DNA of 64,000 nt from an uncultured delta proteobacterium (GTDB taxonomy: Bacteria; Myxococcota; Myxococcia; Myxococcales; Myxococcaceae), in contig CAVZMH010000019.1 in NCBI GenBank assembly GCA_963776345.1, forward strand, positions 128,001 to 192,000, written 5' to 3'. The position numbers and the translations under genes are program-made. The number at the start of each line of letters is the position of its first letter. Within the stretch, counting starts at the first letter, position 1. The notes under the pieces are model-generated. The model did no database searches and was not told where the DNA came from. It saw only the letters and a list, made by a program, of their open reading frames with translations. Positions 28,864 through 38,273 of this stretch are shown piece after piece.

Positions 28864-31608
28864 TCACCCGCCGGTCGCCGCCCTCGTCGGGCGCGCGGGA
28901 CGGAAGAACCGCTCCAGCTCCGGCACCTCGCGCGCGCGCTGGTCGATGCAGAGGTCGAGCTTCTCCAGGGCGAGCGAGAAGTCGCGTGGTCCCCCGAGCA
29001 CGCTCCTGACCCGGGGCCCGAACACCCGCTCGTCCTCGACCCGCTCGCCGGGGCTGCACGACTCGCTGGCCACGGCGAAGAACCGATGCATGCCGCCCCG
29101 GGACGTCAGCGCGACCAGGGTGTCCCACCACCGGTCGACGCCCGCGAGGATGCGGGCCCGCGCGGGATCGGTGTCCAGCGGGCCGTAGCTCTGTCTTCGC
29201 TTCTCGCCGGTGATCACCAACGCCATCTCGCGTGGGTTCAGCCTCCCCGAGATGGCCAGGGCCACGTTCTCGTCGAGGAGCTCGGGGACGCGGGTGCTGG
29301 AGATGCCGCCCAGGAGCCATTCCCGGGTGCGCTGGTTCGCGGTCTGGTCCAGCCGCTGGACCAGCGCCTGGTGCAGGTCGCGCCCGCCGAAGCGCCCCGC
29401 GGTCCGCAGCGCGGAGGCGATGGTCTCGGCGTCCACCGGCCCGCCCCGCGACAGCCACTCCTCGGCGAGGCTCCGGGCCTCGGCGACGAGCTGCGGGTCC
29501 TCGCCTCGCCGGGCAACGAACTCCGCCAGGGCCGGCCGGGCGAGCTTCACCTCGTCGTCCTCGGCCGGCTTCTCGCGGAAGCCGAGCGCCCTGGCGTGGG
29601 GCCCGAACGTCCGCCGCACCCACCTGGCGTAGGCGGGCCCCGGTCGGCCAGAGAGGAAGTCTTCCCGGACGGTGGCCAGCTTGACCGCCGCCTCCAAGAT
29701 CTGGTGTTCGCGGGCCCCGGCCCGCCGGGCGGCGAGCTGCAGCCCCTCGGCGCGGGACACCGCCCCGCCCTCGACCAGCGCCCGGGTGTCGTCGAGCAGC
29801 CCGACCCACTCCGCCGCGTCCAGCCGGCCCGCGCGGACCAGCCGCGCCGTCCACGCCGGATCGAGCTGCAGGCGGTAGTAGCCCGCATAGCCGGCGTTGG
29901 GGAGCACCCAGTCCGGACAGGACTGCTCCTCGAGCGTCAGCTCCGCCGTGGGAGCGTCGAGGAGCGTGCAGCGCGTCTGCTCCCGCCCCCTCGTGCTCCA
30001 GCGGGCGCAGACGGGGATCTGCCAGAGCCCGGTGCGCTCCCCGGTCGAGCCGGCGGGCAGCCAGCGGTCCTGGGAGAGCTGCAGCACCGCCCCCTTGCCG
30101 CCGCAGCGGACGCCGGCCCGGACCCGAGGGACGCCGGGCCGGTCGAGGAAGGTGTTGAACGCCGGTGCGACGTCATGGCCCGCGCTCTCCGAGATGGCGC
30201 GGAGGAAGTCTCGGGCGGTGGCGTTGCCGTCGGCGTGGGCTTGGAGGTAGCGCTGGATGCCGCGGCGGAAGACCTCCTCGCCCACCCACCGCTCGAACAT
30301 CCGCAGCACGGACGCGCCCTTCTCGTAGGTGATGGCGTCGAAGGCGTTCCTCACGTCGTCGTAGCTCTGGACGGGCTGGCGGATGATGCGCGCGCTCACC
30401 AGGGCGTCCGCGTCGGCCGCCTTGTTCCGCTGCGCGACCCGGTCGGCGGGCGTGCCCCACGAGGGCGCCCACCGCTCGATGATCTTCGTCTCCATCCAGG
30501 TGGCGAAGGCCTCGTTCAGCCAGATGTCGTCCCACCACGCGGCGGTGACCAGGTCCCCGAACCACTGGTGCGCGAACTCGTGCGCCGCCACCTCGGCGTA
30601 CTCCCGCCGCCGCTTCACCCCGTCCTGCTCGGGCCGGGCGAGCACCAGCTCCTCGCGGAAGGTGACCAGCCCCACGTTCTCCATCGCCCCGAACTGGACG
30701 GTGAAGGGGATGGCCAGCACGTCGAGCTTCTCGTACGGGTAGGCCATGCCGAAGTAGTCCTCGAGGCCCTCGAGGATCTCCGGGCTCACCCGGGCGGCCC
30801 ACGCGGCCTCGAACGCCCGCCCTCGCGGGGCGATGATCCGGACCGGCACCCGCTTCGTGCCGGCGGCCCGGGCCTCCTTCATCTCGAACGGGCCCACCGC
30901 GAAGGCCACCAGATACGAGGGCAGGGGACGCGTCGGCCGGAACCGCACCTCCTTGAACCCCCCGGCGGCCGGCGTCTCGGTGGCCACCGGGGTGTTGGAC
31001 ACGGCGGTCAGCCCCGCCGGCACGCGCAGCGTCACCTCCCAGGGAATCTTCGCCGTGGGCTCGTCGACGCAAGGGAAGGCCCGCCGGGCCTGGGTCTCCT
31101 CGAACTGGGTGAAGACGTACCAGTCGCCTCCGCTCTGCTGGCGGAAGATGCCGGTGTCCTCGCGGGTGAACTGGGTGCCCCTGAACTCGAGGAGCAAGTT
31201 CACGGGCCCGGCCGGCAGCGGTCGCGGGAAGCGCAGCGCTACCCGCTCGTCCTTGCGCACCACCGGCTCGGCCCGGACCTCCGCGCCGCCGACGCGGGCC
31301 ACGGCCGACGTCACCTGCATCACGTCCGCGTTGAGCCACACCACGTCGCTTGCCGAGTCCAGCGTCCCGTCGATCTCCGTCCGGCCGGTGAACTCGGGCG
31401 AGGAGGGGACGATCTGCAAGAGCACCCGCTGCCCGGCGGGCCGGAAGGTCCTCGGAAGCCGGATGCCCTCGGGGGCGACCAGCTCGGGTGGGGGCGGAGC
31501 CGCGGGCGCCGTGGGAGCCGGAGCGGGCGCGCGCGCTGCCGCCGGTCGGTCGGCCGCACAGGCGGACAGCACGAGGAAGGGGACGAGGAGGGCGAGCCGC
31601 AAGGTCAT
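28864..31608 (-). CDS. M1 aminopeptidase lipoprotein with ERAP1-like C-terminus
   Basis: Lipobox LSAC, TQFE, GAMEN, HEFAHQWFG..WLNEAFA, YEKG. Confidence 0.93.
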   Translation of the reverse strand: MTLRLALLVPFLVLSACAADRPAAARAPAPAPTAPAAPPPPELVAPEGIRLPRTFRPAGQRVLLQIVPSSPEFTGRTEIDGTLDSASDVVWLNADVMQVTSAVARVGGAEVRAEPVVRKDERVALRFPRPLPAGPVNLLLEFRGTQFTREDTGIFRQQSGGDWYVFTQFEETQARRAFPCVDEPTAKIPWEVTLRVPAGLTAVSNTPVATETPAAGGFKEVRFRPTRPLPSYLVAFAVGPFEMKEARAAGTKRVPVRIIAPRGRAFEAAWAARVSPEILEGLEDYFGMAYPYEKLDVLAIPFTVQFGAMENVGLVTFREELVLARPEQDGVKRRREYAEVAAHEFAHQWFGDLVTAAWWDDIWLNEAFATWMETKIIERWAPSWGTPADRVAQRNKAADADALVSARIIRQPVQSYDDVRNAFDAITYEKGASVLRMFERWVGEEVFRRGIQRYLQAHADGNATARDFLRAISESAGHDVAPAFNTFLDRPGVPRVRAGVRCGGKGAVLQLSQDRWLPAGSTGERTGLWQIPVCARWSTRGREQTRCTLLDAPTAELTLEEQSCPDWVLPNAGYAGYYRLQLDPAWTARLVRAGRLDAAEWVGLLDDTRALVEGGAVSRAEGLQLAARRAGAREHQILEAAVKLATVREDFLSGRPGPAYARWVRRTFGPHARALGFREKPAEDDEVKLARPALAEFVARRGEDPQLVAEARSLAEEWLSRGGPVDAETIASALRTAGRFGGRDLHQALVQRLDQTANQRTREWLLGGISSTRVPELLDENVALAISGRLNPREMALVITGEKRRQSYGPLDTDPARARILAGVDRWWDTLVALTSRGGMHRFFAVASESCSPGERVEDERVFGPRVRSVLGGPRDFSLALEKLDLCIDQRAREVPELERFFRPARPTRAATGG

Positions 31609-31661
31609 GGAGGGCGCGCACTGTGGCACGACCCGCCCGGCCTGCGAACGGCGGCGCGCCG

Positions 31662-33578
31662 TCAGTCGGCGGGGCCGCCCACCCGGAGGTTCAACCCCGG
31701 ACGGAGCGAGCGGGCGTGCCGGATGCGGTTCCAGCGCTTCAGGTCGTCCACGCTGACGCCATACTGCTGGGCCACGCTCCACAGCGTCTCGCCCTCGGCG
31801 AGCTGGTGCATGCCCGGCTTGTCTCCGGGGGGCAGAGGTGTGGCGGCCACCGCCGGACGGACGGGCGCGACGGGATGCTCGGCCTCGGCCACCACCGCCG
31901 CGGGCCTCGCCTCGGCCGGAGCCGCCCCCGGCCCGGGCCACACCGTCAGCACCGCGCCGACCTGGAGCCCCTTGCGAGCCTTCCGCCCGAGCGAGTTCCA
32001 CGACTGGAGCTGCTCCACGGACACCGCGAAGCGCTGGGCGATGGTCCAGAGCGAGTCGCCGCTCTGCACGCCGTACTCCACGCGCGTCTTGCCGTCGACC
32101 ACCTCGGTCTTGACGGTCCCCTGCGCCAGCGCCTGGGCACGCCCGGTGCGCGTGCCGGCGGGGACCTCCTCCTCCGGCGCGGGGGCCACGTAGCCCTGGG
32201 CGCGGGCGCGCGCCACCTGCCGCTCGAGGCCGTGCCCGACGTCGGCCAGCGCCCGGCTCGAGGGCACCGGCACCGCGAGCTCGGTGTTGATCCGCAGCGT
32301 CTTGGCGCTGCGGAGCCGGTTGAACTGGAGGATGGCCTCGGGCGCCGAGTGGTACTGGAGCGCGATGCGCGAGAGCGTGTCGCCCTTGCGGACGTGGTGG
32401 ATGCGATAGGTGAGCCGCTCCTGTGCCGGGATGCGGGCCAGCGCGGCGACCACGGTGTCCTTCGTCCCTCGGGGCACGCGGAGCAGGTACGGACGGGCGG
32501 CGGACGCGGGCGGGGTGCACCAGCGGCGCAGCTCGGGGTTGAGCTCGCGGATGGTCTCGGCGCCGGCCCCGGCGGCGCGCGCCAGCACCTCGAGGTCGGT
32601 GGGCTCCACCACCGGCACCTCGTCGAACTCGAGCGGCCGCTGGAAGTCGAACTCGTCGTCACTGAAGCCGAAGGCCCGCGGGTGCTTGGCCACCAGCGCG
32701 CAGGCGATGAGCTTCGGGACGTAGTGCTTGGTCTCCTTGGCCAGCCCCTTGCCGTCGCTGAGCGCCCAGAAGTCGCTGGTTCCGCGGCGCTCCATCATCC
32801 GGCGCAGCTTCTCGCCACCGGCGTTGTAGCCGGCCCAGGCGAGGTACCAGTGGCCGAGCGCGCCGTGCAGCTCGGTCAGATAGCGCCCCGCGGCCACGGT
32901 GGCCTTCAGCGGGTCGCGCCGCTCGTCCACCCAGAAGTCCTGCCTGAGCCCGAAGCGGCGGCCGGTGGCGGAGATGAACTGCCATGGCCCGGCGGCGCGC
33001 GCCCAGGACGTCGCGCCCGGGGAGAAGCCGCTCTCGATCATGGCCAGATAGACGGTGTCCCGCGGAAGCCCGCCGCGCTCGAGCAGCGGGGTCATTATCG
33101 GGATGTACCGCGTGGAGCGCGACATCCACTTGCGGAACCACTTGCGGCCCGGGCCCTGGAAGAACTGGATGTACTGGGCCACCGTGGGCTGCATCTCCAG
33201 CGGGATGTCGTACTCGGCGGCGACCGCGCCCACGTCGAAGGTGGCGAGGTCGGTGACCAGGCCCAGAGCCGCCACCGGCTCGTCGCCGGAGAGCACCTCG
33301 GCGCCGTCCTCCAGCCGCGCCCGCAGTGGGCTCGCCGTCCCCAGCGCGCGCACCGAGCGCAGCACCTCGGGGCTCGGCTTTGCCGCTGGGTCGAGGACCG
33401 CGTCCTCGAGGGCGCGCATCTCCTCCAGCTCCTCCGAGGCCGGCTCGTCGTCCGTGTCCTCCGGGGTGGCCAGAGGTGCGCCAGCCTGCGCGGGCGCCCG
33501 CGGGGGGGCGGTGGGAGAGGGCTCGGCCGATGCGTTGCTCAGCGCGAGGAGGATGGCGAGCGCGGTGGGTGAGATCAT
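31662..33578 (-). CDS. mltD: MltD-like lytic transglycosylase with three LysM domains
   Basis: MIESG, GPWQFI, AGYNAG, ETKHYV; LysM repeats GDTLSRIA, GDSLWTIA, GETLWSVA. Confidence 0.9.
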   Translation of the reverse strand: MISPTALAILLALSNASAEPSPTAPPRAPAQAGAPLATPEDTDDEPASEELEEMRALEDAVLDPAAKPSPEVLRSVRALGTASPLRARLEDGAEVLSGDEPVAALGLVTDLATFDVGAVAAEYDIPLEMQPTVAQYIQFFQGPGRKWFRKWMSRSTRYIPIMTPLLERGGLPRDTVYLAMIESGFSPGATSWARAAGPWQFISATGRRFGLRQDFWVDERRDPLKATVAAGRYLTELHGALGHWYLAWAGYNAGGEKLRRMMERRGTSDFWALSDGKGLAKETKHYVPKLIACALVAKHPRAFGFSDDEFDFQRPLEFDEVPVVEPTDLEVLARAAGAGAETIRELNPELRRWCTPPASAARPYLLRVPRGTKDTVVAALARIPAQERLTYRIHHVRKGDTLSRIALQYHSAPEAILQFNRLRSAKTLRINTELAVPVPSSRALADVGHGLERQVARARAQGYVAPAPEEEVPAGTRTGRAQALAQGTVKTEVVDGKTRVEYGVQSGDSLWTIAQRFAVSVEQLQSWNSLGRKARKGLQVGAVLTVWPGPGAAPAEARPAAVVAEAEHPVAPVRPAVAATPLPPGDKPGMHQLAEGETLWSVAQQYGVSVDDLKRWNRIRHARSLRPGLNLRVGGPAD

Positions 33579-33626
33579 CCGGGACGGGGTACGAATCTCG
33601 AATGCTAGGCGGGGCTGCCTGAGCGG

Positions 33627-35153
33627 TCAACGCCGTGCGGCGGGGCTGGCCTGGGCGCCATGTCCCGGCCCGAGCACGCGGGGCAGGTACGTCGCGTAGT
33701 CGAAGTGGATGCTGTTCTCGGCGGTGTGGCACCCGAGACACACGCTCGGGCCCGGCCTGGGCCGCAGCACGGACTTCCCGGTGCCGTCGGCCACGTGGAT
33801 CGAGCCCGGGCCATGGCAGTTCTCGCAGCCGACGTTCTGCCGTCGCTCCACCTGGTCGACGCGGCAGACCCCGCCGGCCTGCTGGAAGCCGATGACGTGA
33901 CAGGCGACGCAGTCGAGCCGGTACTGCTTCTGTACCCACTCCAGCGTGGCGTAGGCGTGGGCGTGGCCGGTCTTCTCGTACACCGCGAAGGGAGCCGGGT
34001 GGCAGCCCAGGCAGACCTGGTTGCCCACGTACGACGGCTCGCCCCTGGCGGGCGGAGGGCAGGGCTCGCCGTGCTCCTTCGCCCAGGCGAGGTTGAGCCG
34101 GGCCACGTCCCGGTCGTAGTCGGCGATGATCTTCTGCACGCCCGGGTCCTCGGGCAGCGCGGCCTCCACCGGGACGAAGCGGACAGTGAAGGTGCCGGGC
34201 TGGAGCGCGGTGGCCTGCGCCTGGGTGGCGAGCTGCTCCCGCCGCAGGACCAGCTCGTGCAGCCGCGCATCGAGGAGCCGCTTCCGCTCGGGTGACAGTC
34301 CGGGCGTCCCCAGCTCCCGCTTCAGCAGCTCCAGCCGCTGGCCCTGCGCGTTGAACTCTCGCTCGATGTCGCCCTGCCCACGGGCGAGCTCGATGGGCCC
34401 TCCGTGCGGCCCCGGGCTCACGTCGACGCGGAGAATGGAGCGCCCGCGGCTCTGGACCTGGGCGACGGGGACCGAGCCCCGCAGCAGCCGTCCGTCCTCC
34501 CACTCGGCGCCGATGGACTCCGGCGCCTGGGCGGCGACGACCAGGTCGACGCCCCTGGCCGAGTGGGCCTCGGCCGGCGTGCCGGCGAGCAGCCCGAGCA
34601 CCAGGCGCGCGCCGCCGGCGCGGAGCGTCATCGCGCCCTCGGTCAGCTCGGCGGCGGTGGTGCCCGGGACCACACCCACCTTCCACCCGCCGGCGTCGAT
34701 CAGCCGGCTCTGTCCCGGGGCGAGCTCGGGGAGCCCGAGCGAGCGGCGGAAGTCCTTGCCCAGCGCGTCGTCCAGCGGGCCCGGGAACTGGGCGTCGATG
34801 CGCATGGCCCGGAAGGAGTCGGCGATGGCCTGCGCCCGCCGGCGCTCGCCCACCGCCTCGTCCGCGCCGAAGCCGGTGCGCTCGAAAAGCGCATCGCCGG
34901 CGTCCACGAAGAGCGCCGGGAGCCCCGAGGCGCGGGTCTTCCCGATGATCGCCGCGGTCTTGCCCAGCCCGCCCCGCATCGCCTCGCTGCATCCGCAGGG
35001 GGCGATCTGCCCGCGCACGTCCGCGGTGACGAAGATGGCGAAGTGCGTCGCGGCGGGGGCCGCCGGGCTGGCCGGAGCCGGAAGGCGTCCCGATCCTCCG
35101 CGGGTGCAGGACGCGAGCAGTGTGGCTGCAATGAAGACCGAGCGGAGCTGCAA
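33627..35153 (-). CDS. Lipoprotein: UshA/5'-nucleotidase-like N-domain + tetraheme cytochrome c (c554-like)
   Basis: LLASC lipobox; TAD.RG..PCGC..GG, VDAGD; four CxxCH (CLGCH, CVACH, CENCH, CLGCH); TTG start inferred. Confidence 0.8.
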   Translation of the reverse strand: MQLRSVFIAATLLASCTRGGSGRLPAPASPAAPAATHFAIFVTADVRGQIAPCGCSEAMRGGLGKTAAIIGKTRASGLPALFVDAGDALFERTGFGADEAVGERRRAQAIADSFRAMRIDAQFPGPLDDALGKDFRRSLGLPELAPGQSRLIDAGGWKVGVVPGTTAAELTEGAMTLRAGGARLVLGLLAGTPAEAHSARGVDLVVAAQAPESIGAEWEDGRLLRGSVPVAQVQSRGRSILRVDVSPGPHGGPIELARGQGDIEREFNAQGQRLELLKRELGTPGLSPERKRLLDARLHELVLRREQLATQAQATALQPGTFTVRFVPVEAALPEDPGVQKIIADYDRDVARLNLAWAKEHGEPCPPPARGEPSYVGNQVCLGCHPAPFAVYEKTGHAHAYATLEWVQKQYRLDCVACHVIGFQQAGGVCRVDQVERRQNVGCENCHGPGSIHVADGTGKSVLRPRPGPSVCLGCHTAENSIHFDYATYLPRVLGPGHGAQASPAARR

Positions 35154-35271
35154 AGTTCCGTCCGCGGAAGGACGGCCCCGTCTACCACCGCGGCCCGGAC
35201 CGACGCGAGTCGTTGACAGACCGCGCCCCAAGTTGGTTTGAGCGGGCTTGGTGCCGCCCCCCGCAGACCCG

Positions 35272-35511
35272 ATGAAGCTGCCGCTCGAGGAGCTGCTCTA
35301 CCTGCGGCTCGGGGAGTTCCTCGATCAGCTGCACGGCCGGAAGGTGCCCGAGCTCTACCGGGTGCTGCTCGAGCAGGTGGACCGGGCCGTGCTCCGCCAG
35401 GCGCTCGAACGGAGCGAGGGCCAGCTCTCGGCGGCCGCGTCGTTCCTCGGCGTGGACCGGAACACCCTGGCGCGCAAGGTGAAGCGGCTCAAGGTCCGGG
35501 GCCGGTCCTGA
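35272..35511 (+). CDS. fis: Fis-like DNA-binding protein
   Basis: ELYRVLLEQVDRAVLRQAL...AASFLGVDRNTLARKVK. Confidence 0.82.
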   Translation: MKLPLEELLYLRLGEFLDQLHGRKVPELYRVLLEQVDRAVLRQALERSEGQLSAAASFLGVDRNTLARKVKRLKVRGRS

Positions 35512-35536
35512 GCGGGGGCTGCCCCCGCTGGTCTCG

Positions 35537-37123
35537 GTGATGCGCACACTCGCTCGCACTCTCGTCGCCGGGCTTCTGCTGGCCGGACCGGCGCGCGCGC
35601 TCGACGACGGGCTCGGCGAGGTGCCGCAGGAGGTGGACCGCAGCTCGCCGCTGGCGACCGTGCAGGGCTTCCAGGTCGCGGCGCACCACGGCGACTACTC
35701 GCTCGCGGCCTACTACCTCTCCCTGGACTGGGTACCGCGCGAGAAGCAGAAGACCGAGGGGCCACGGCTCGCCCGACGGCTGCGCTTCGTGCTCGACCGC
35801 GCGCTGGTGCTCGACCTCGGGGCGATCAGCAAGGAGCCCCAGGGCGAGCCAGGCAGGCCCGGCTACGACCAGCTCGGGACCATCCCCCTGGAGACGCAGA
35901 ACATCCCCATCCGGGTGAGCCGGTACGAGGTCGACGGCAAACCCACCTGGGTCTTCAGCCCGCTCACCGTCCGCGCCGTCGACGCGCTCTACGACGCCTA
36001 CGCGCCGCCGCTCGGGGAGGTGCTTCCCGAGGTTCTCTTCGCCAGGCCCCTGGGCGGGCTCGAGCTGTGGCAGTGGCTGGGGCTGGTCCTCGCCTTCATC
36101 GCCGCGCTGCTCGGCGGCTGGGCGCTCGAGCGCGTGGGGCTGGCGGTGCTCGGGCGGTTGACCCGGATGACGCGGGTGACCTGGGACGACCAGCTGGTGC
36201 ACTCGGCGCGCGGTCCGCTCCGGCTGCCCTTCTGGGCCCTGGTGCTCGGCCTGGCCACGCCGCCGCTCCTGCTCCCGCCGGTGTGGGCGCACGGGACGAG
36301 CGTGCTCACCCGGTCCCTGCTGGTCATCGCCGCGGCCTGGTTCGCGCTGCGCTTCCTCGACCTCGCCGCGGGGGTGGTGGAGACCCGGGTGGCAAGGGCG
36401 CACGAGAACGTGGCCAACGCCCGCGCGGTGCGGACGCAGCTGGCGCTGCTCCGGCGCGTCCTGGTGGTGGTGGTGTGGATCCTGGCCGTCGCCGCGCTCC
36501 TGATGCAGTTCACGGTGGTGCGGACGGTGGGCGTCTCGCTCCTGGCCTCCGCGGGGGTGGCGGGCGTGGTGCTCGGCCTCGCCGCGCAGAAGTCGATCGG
36601 CGCGCTGCTGGCCGGCATCCAGCTCTCCATCGCCCAGCCCATCCGCATCGGAGACTCGGTGCTGATCGAGGGCGAGTTCGGGACGGTCGAGGAGATCAGC
36701 CTGACCTACGTCGTGGTGCGGACCTGGGACCTGCGCCGGCTGCTCATCCCCGTGACCCAGTTCCTCGAGAAGCCGTTCCAGAACTGGAGCAAGGGCGGGG
36801 TGGAGATGCTCGGGCCGGTGGTCCTCCACGTCGACTGGACCACCGACCTCGACGCCGTGCGGAAGGAGCTGGCCCGGGTGCTCGCCGCCGAGGGCAAGGG
36901 CATGTGGGACGGAACGCTGGCCAGCGTCCAGGTGGTGGACTCGTCCGAGCGCACCATGCAGCTCCGGGTGCTGGTCGGGGGCCACGTCGACTCCGTCTTC
37001 GACCTCCGCTGCCTGGTGCGGGAACGGCTCATCGCCTTCCTGCGCCGGACGCCGGGCTGGCTCCCCCACCACCGGGTGGAGCAGGACCAGGTCCCGCTCA
37101 TCCCCCCGGGTCCAGCGGCCTGA
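35537..37123 (+). CDS. MscS mechanosensitive channel with periplasmic N-domain
   Basis: LLASAGVAG..GLAAQ, QPIRIGD, GTVEEI, FQNWS. Confidence 0.9.
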   Translation: MMRTLARTLVAGLLLAGPARALDDGLGEVPQEVDRSSPLATVQGFQVAAHHGDYSLAAYYLSLDWVPREKQKTEGPRLARRLRFVLDRALVLDLGAISKEPQGEPGRPGYDQLGTIPLETQNIPIRVSRYEVDGKPTWVFSPLTVRAVDALYDAYAPPLGEVLPEVLFARPLGGLELWQWLGLVLAFIAALLGGWALERVGLAVLGRLTRMTRVTWDDQLVHSARGPLRLPFWALVLGLATPPLLLPPVWAHGTSVLTRSLLVIAAAWFALRFLDLAAGVVETRVARAHENVANARAVRTQLALLRRVLVVVVWILAVAALLMQFTVVRTVGVSLLASAGVAGVVLGLAAQKSIGALLAGIQLSIAQPIRIGDSVLIEGEFGTVEEISLTYVVVRTWDLRRLLIPVTQFLEKPFQNWSKGGVEMLGPVVLHVDWTTDLDAVRKELARVLAAEGKGMWDGTLASVQVVDSSERTMQLRVLVGGHVDSVFDLRCLVRERLIAFLRRTPGWLPHHRVEQDQVPLIPPGPAA

Positions 37124-37285
37124 GGCGTCCACCTCCGGGGTCGGCGGGTCGGGCCTGGCCCGGTGTGCACGGCTGACCCACCCGGTCTCGCCCGCGGGAC
37201 ACGCGCGCGCGGGCGGATCTCCTCGGGAATGCAGGGGATCCCTCGCAGGCAGCCGCTGGCCCGGGACGTGAAAGGGGGAGGAGGC

Positions 37286-37519
37286 ATGAAGCCGTCCCCC
37301 CATACCAACGCCGTCGTCCAGGCTCTGGTCGCCTGCCGCGCGCGGCGCGAGCTCAAGGGTACCGAGCGCGACACCCCCGAGGAGCGCCAGGCGATGAAGG
37401 CGGCGCTGTGGGCTCGCCTCGACGCGCGGCTCTCCACGTGGGACCCGAACGCCGAGACCATGGCGCAGTGGGCGCTGCACGTGCTGAGCGCCCCGAGCGA
37501 GCCCCAGCGGGCCGCCTGA
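37286..37519 (+). CDS. Small hypothetical protein
   Basis: Strong [13 protein letters not shown]3-rich codons, 77 aa. Confidence 0.6.
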   Translation: MKPSPHTNAVVQALVACRARRELKGTERDTPEERQAMKAALWARLDARLSTWDPNAETMAQWALHVLSAPSEPQRAA

Positions 37520-37678
37520 GCGAGGCCGCCGCCCGCTTGGTCAGCGAGCGCCCCGGCGGCGCGCCGTGTCGCCATCTCGTCTCGCGGTGCGATGCGGATG
37601 TGAAGTACGGAGCAGTCGCGGCCATGGTCGGGATGACCCACCGATGCGCCGTGTTGGGCCGGGCGGAGGAAGCGCCCG

Positions 37679-37867
37679 ATGCCGACCGCCCCGCCGTCCG
37701 ATGCGGAGAGACCGCCTCCCGAGCGCCCGGAGCGGCGCGTCCTGGCCTGCGCCGTGGGCGTCTGGTGGGTGCGGCGGCTGCTCGAGGCCGCACGGCGACG
37801 TCGCGCGTGGGCCGAGGACCCGGCCGTGGGGGAAGAGGTCGGCCGGACGTTCATCGTCCCGCCCTGA
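37679..37867 (+). CDS. Possible small protein
   Basis: GGAGGA upstream; 62 aa; no recognisable motif. Confidence 0.35.
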   Translation: MPTAPPSDAERPPPERPERRVLACAVGVWWVRRLLEAARRRRAWAEDPAVGEEVGRTFIVPP

Positions 37868-37902
37868 GCCCGAGCATCCTCGAGCCGTTTCTGGGGTAGG
37901 GC

Positions 37903-38223
37903 CTAGAACTTGCCCCAGGAGTTCACGATGAGCGCCCCGGAGTCGCCCTGGAACCTGAGCCGCAGGTTGTCCATGACGTCGTTATCGGTCGCGAAGTACT
38001 CCCAATTCGTGCACTTCCAGCCCGTCCCGTAGAGCTGCCCGCAGATCGACGCCTCGGCGGTATCCGGCGGTCCTAGAAGCTGTTCGACCTCAGTCGCCGG
38101 CATCCCCTGATGAAGCTCGAGCGTGGCCTTCTTCAGCTCCGCCGCTGTGTGCCGCCCCATGGGCTTGGACGGAGTCGTCGCGCAGGCCAGGAAGAGCGCC
38201 ACCAGGACCAAGAGCCGTTTCAT
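37903..38223 (-). CDS. Small lipoprotein, SmpA/BamE-like fold
   Basis: MKRLLVLVALFLAC lipobox; LHQGM..EVEQLLGPPD..WEY pattern. Confidence 0.65.
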   Translation of the reverse strand: MKRLLVLVALFLACATTPSKPMGRHTAAELKKATLELHQGMPATEVEQLLGPPDTAEASICGQLYGTGWKCTNWEYFATDNDVMDNLRLRFQGDSGALIVNSWGKF

Positions 38224-38273
38224 CGGGCCGTAACGTACTCCAACCCGCCCCTCTCGTGTCCGACCGCTTCCCC

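Noticed and set aside
34985..35000. Selenocysteine recoding at the CGC motif
   Set aside because: Both codons are TGC (Cys); no in-frame TGA
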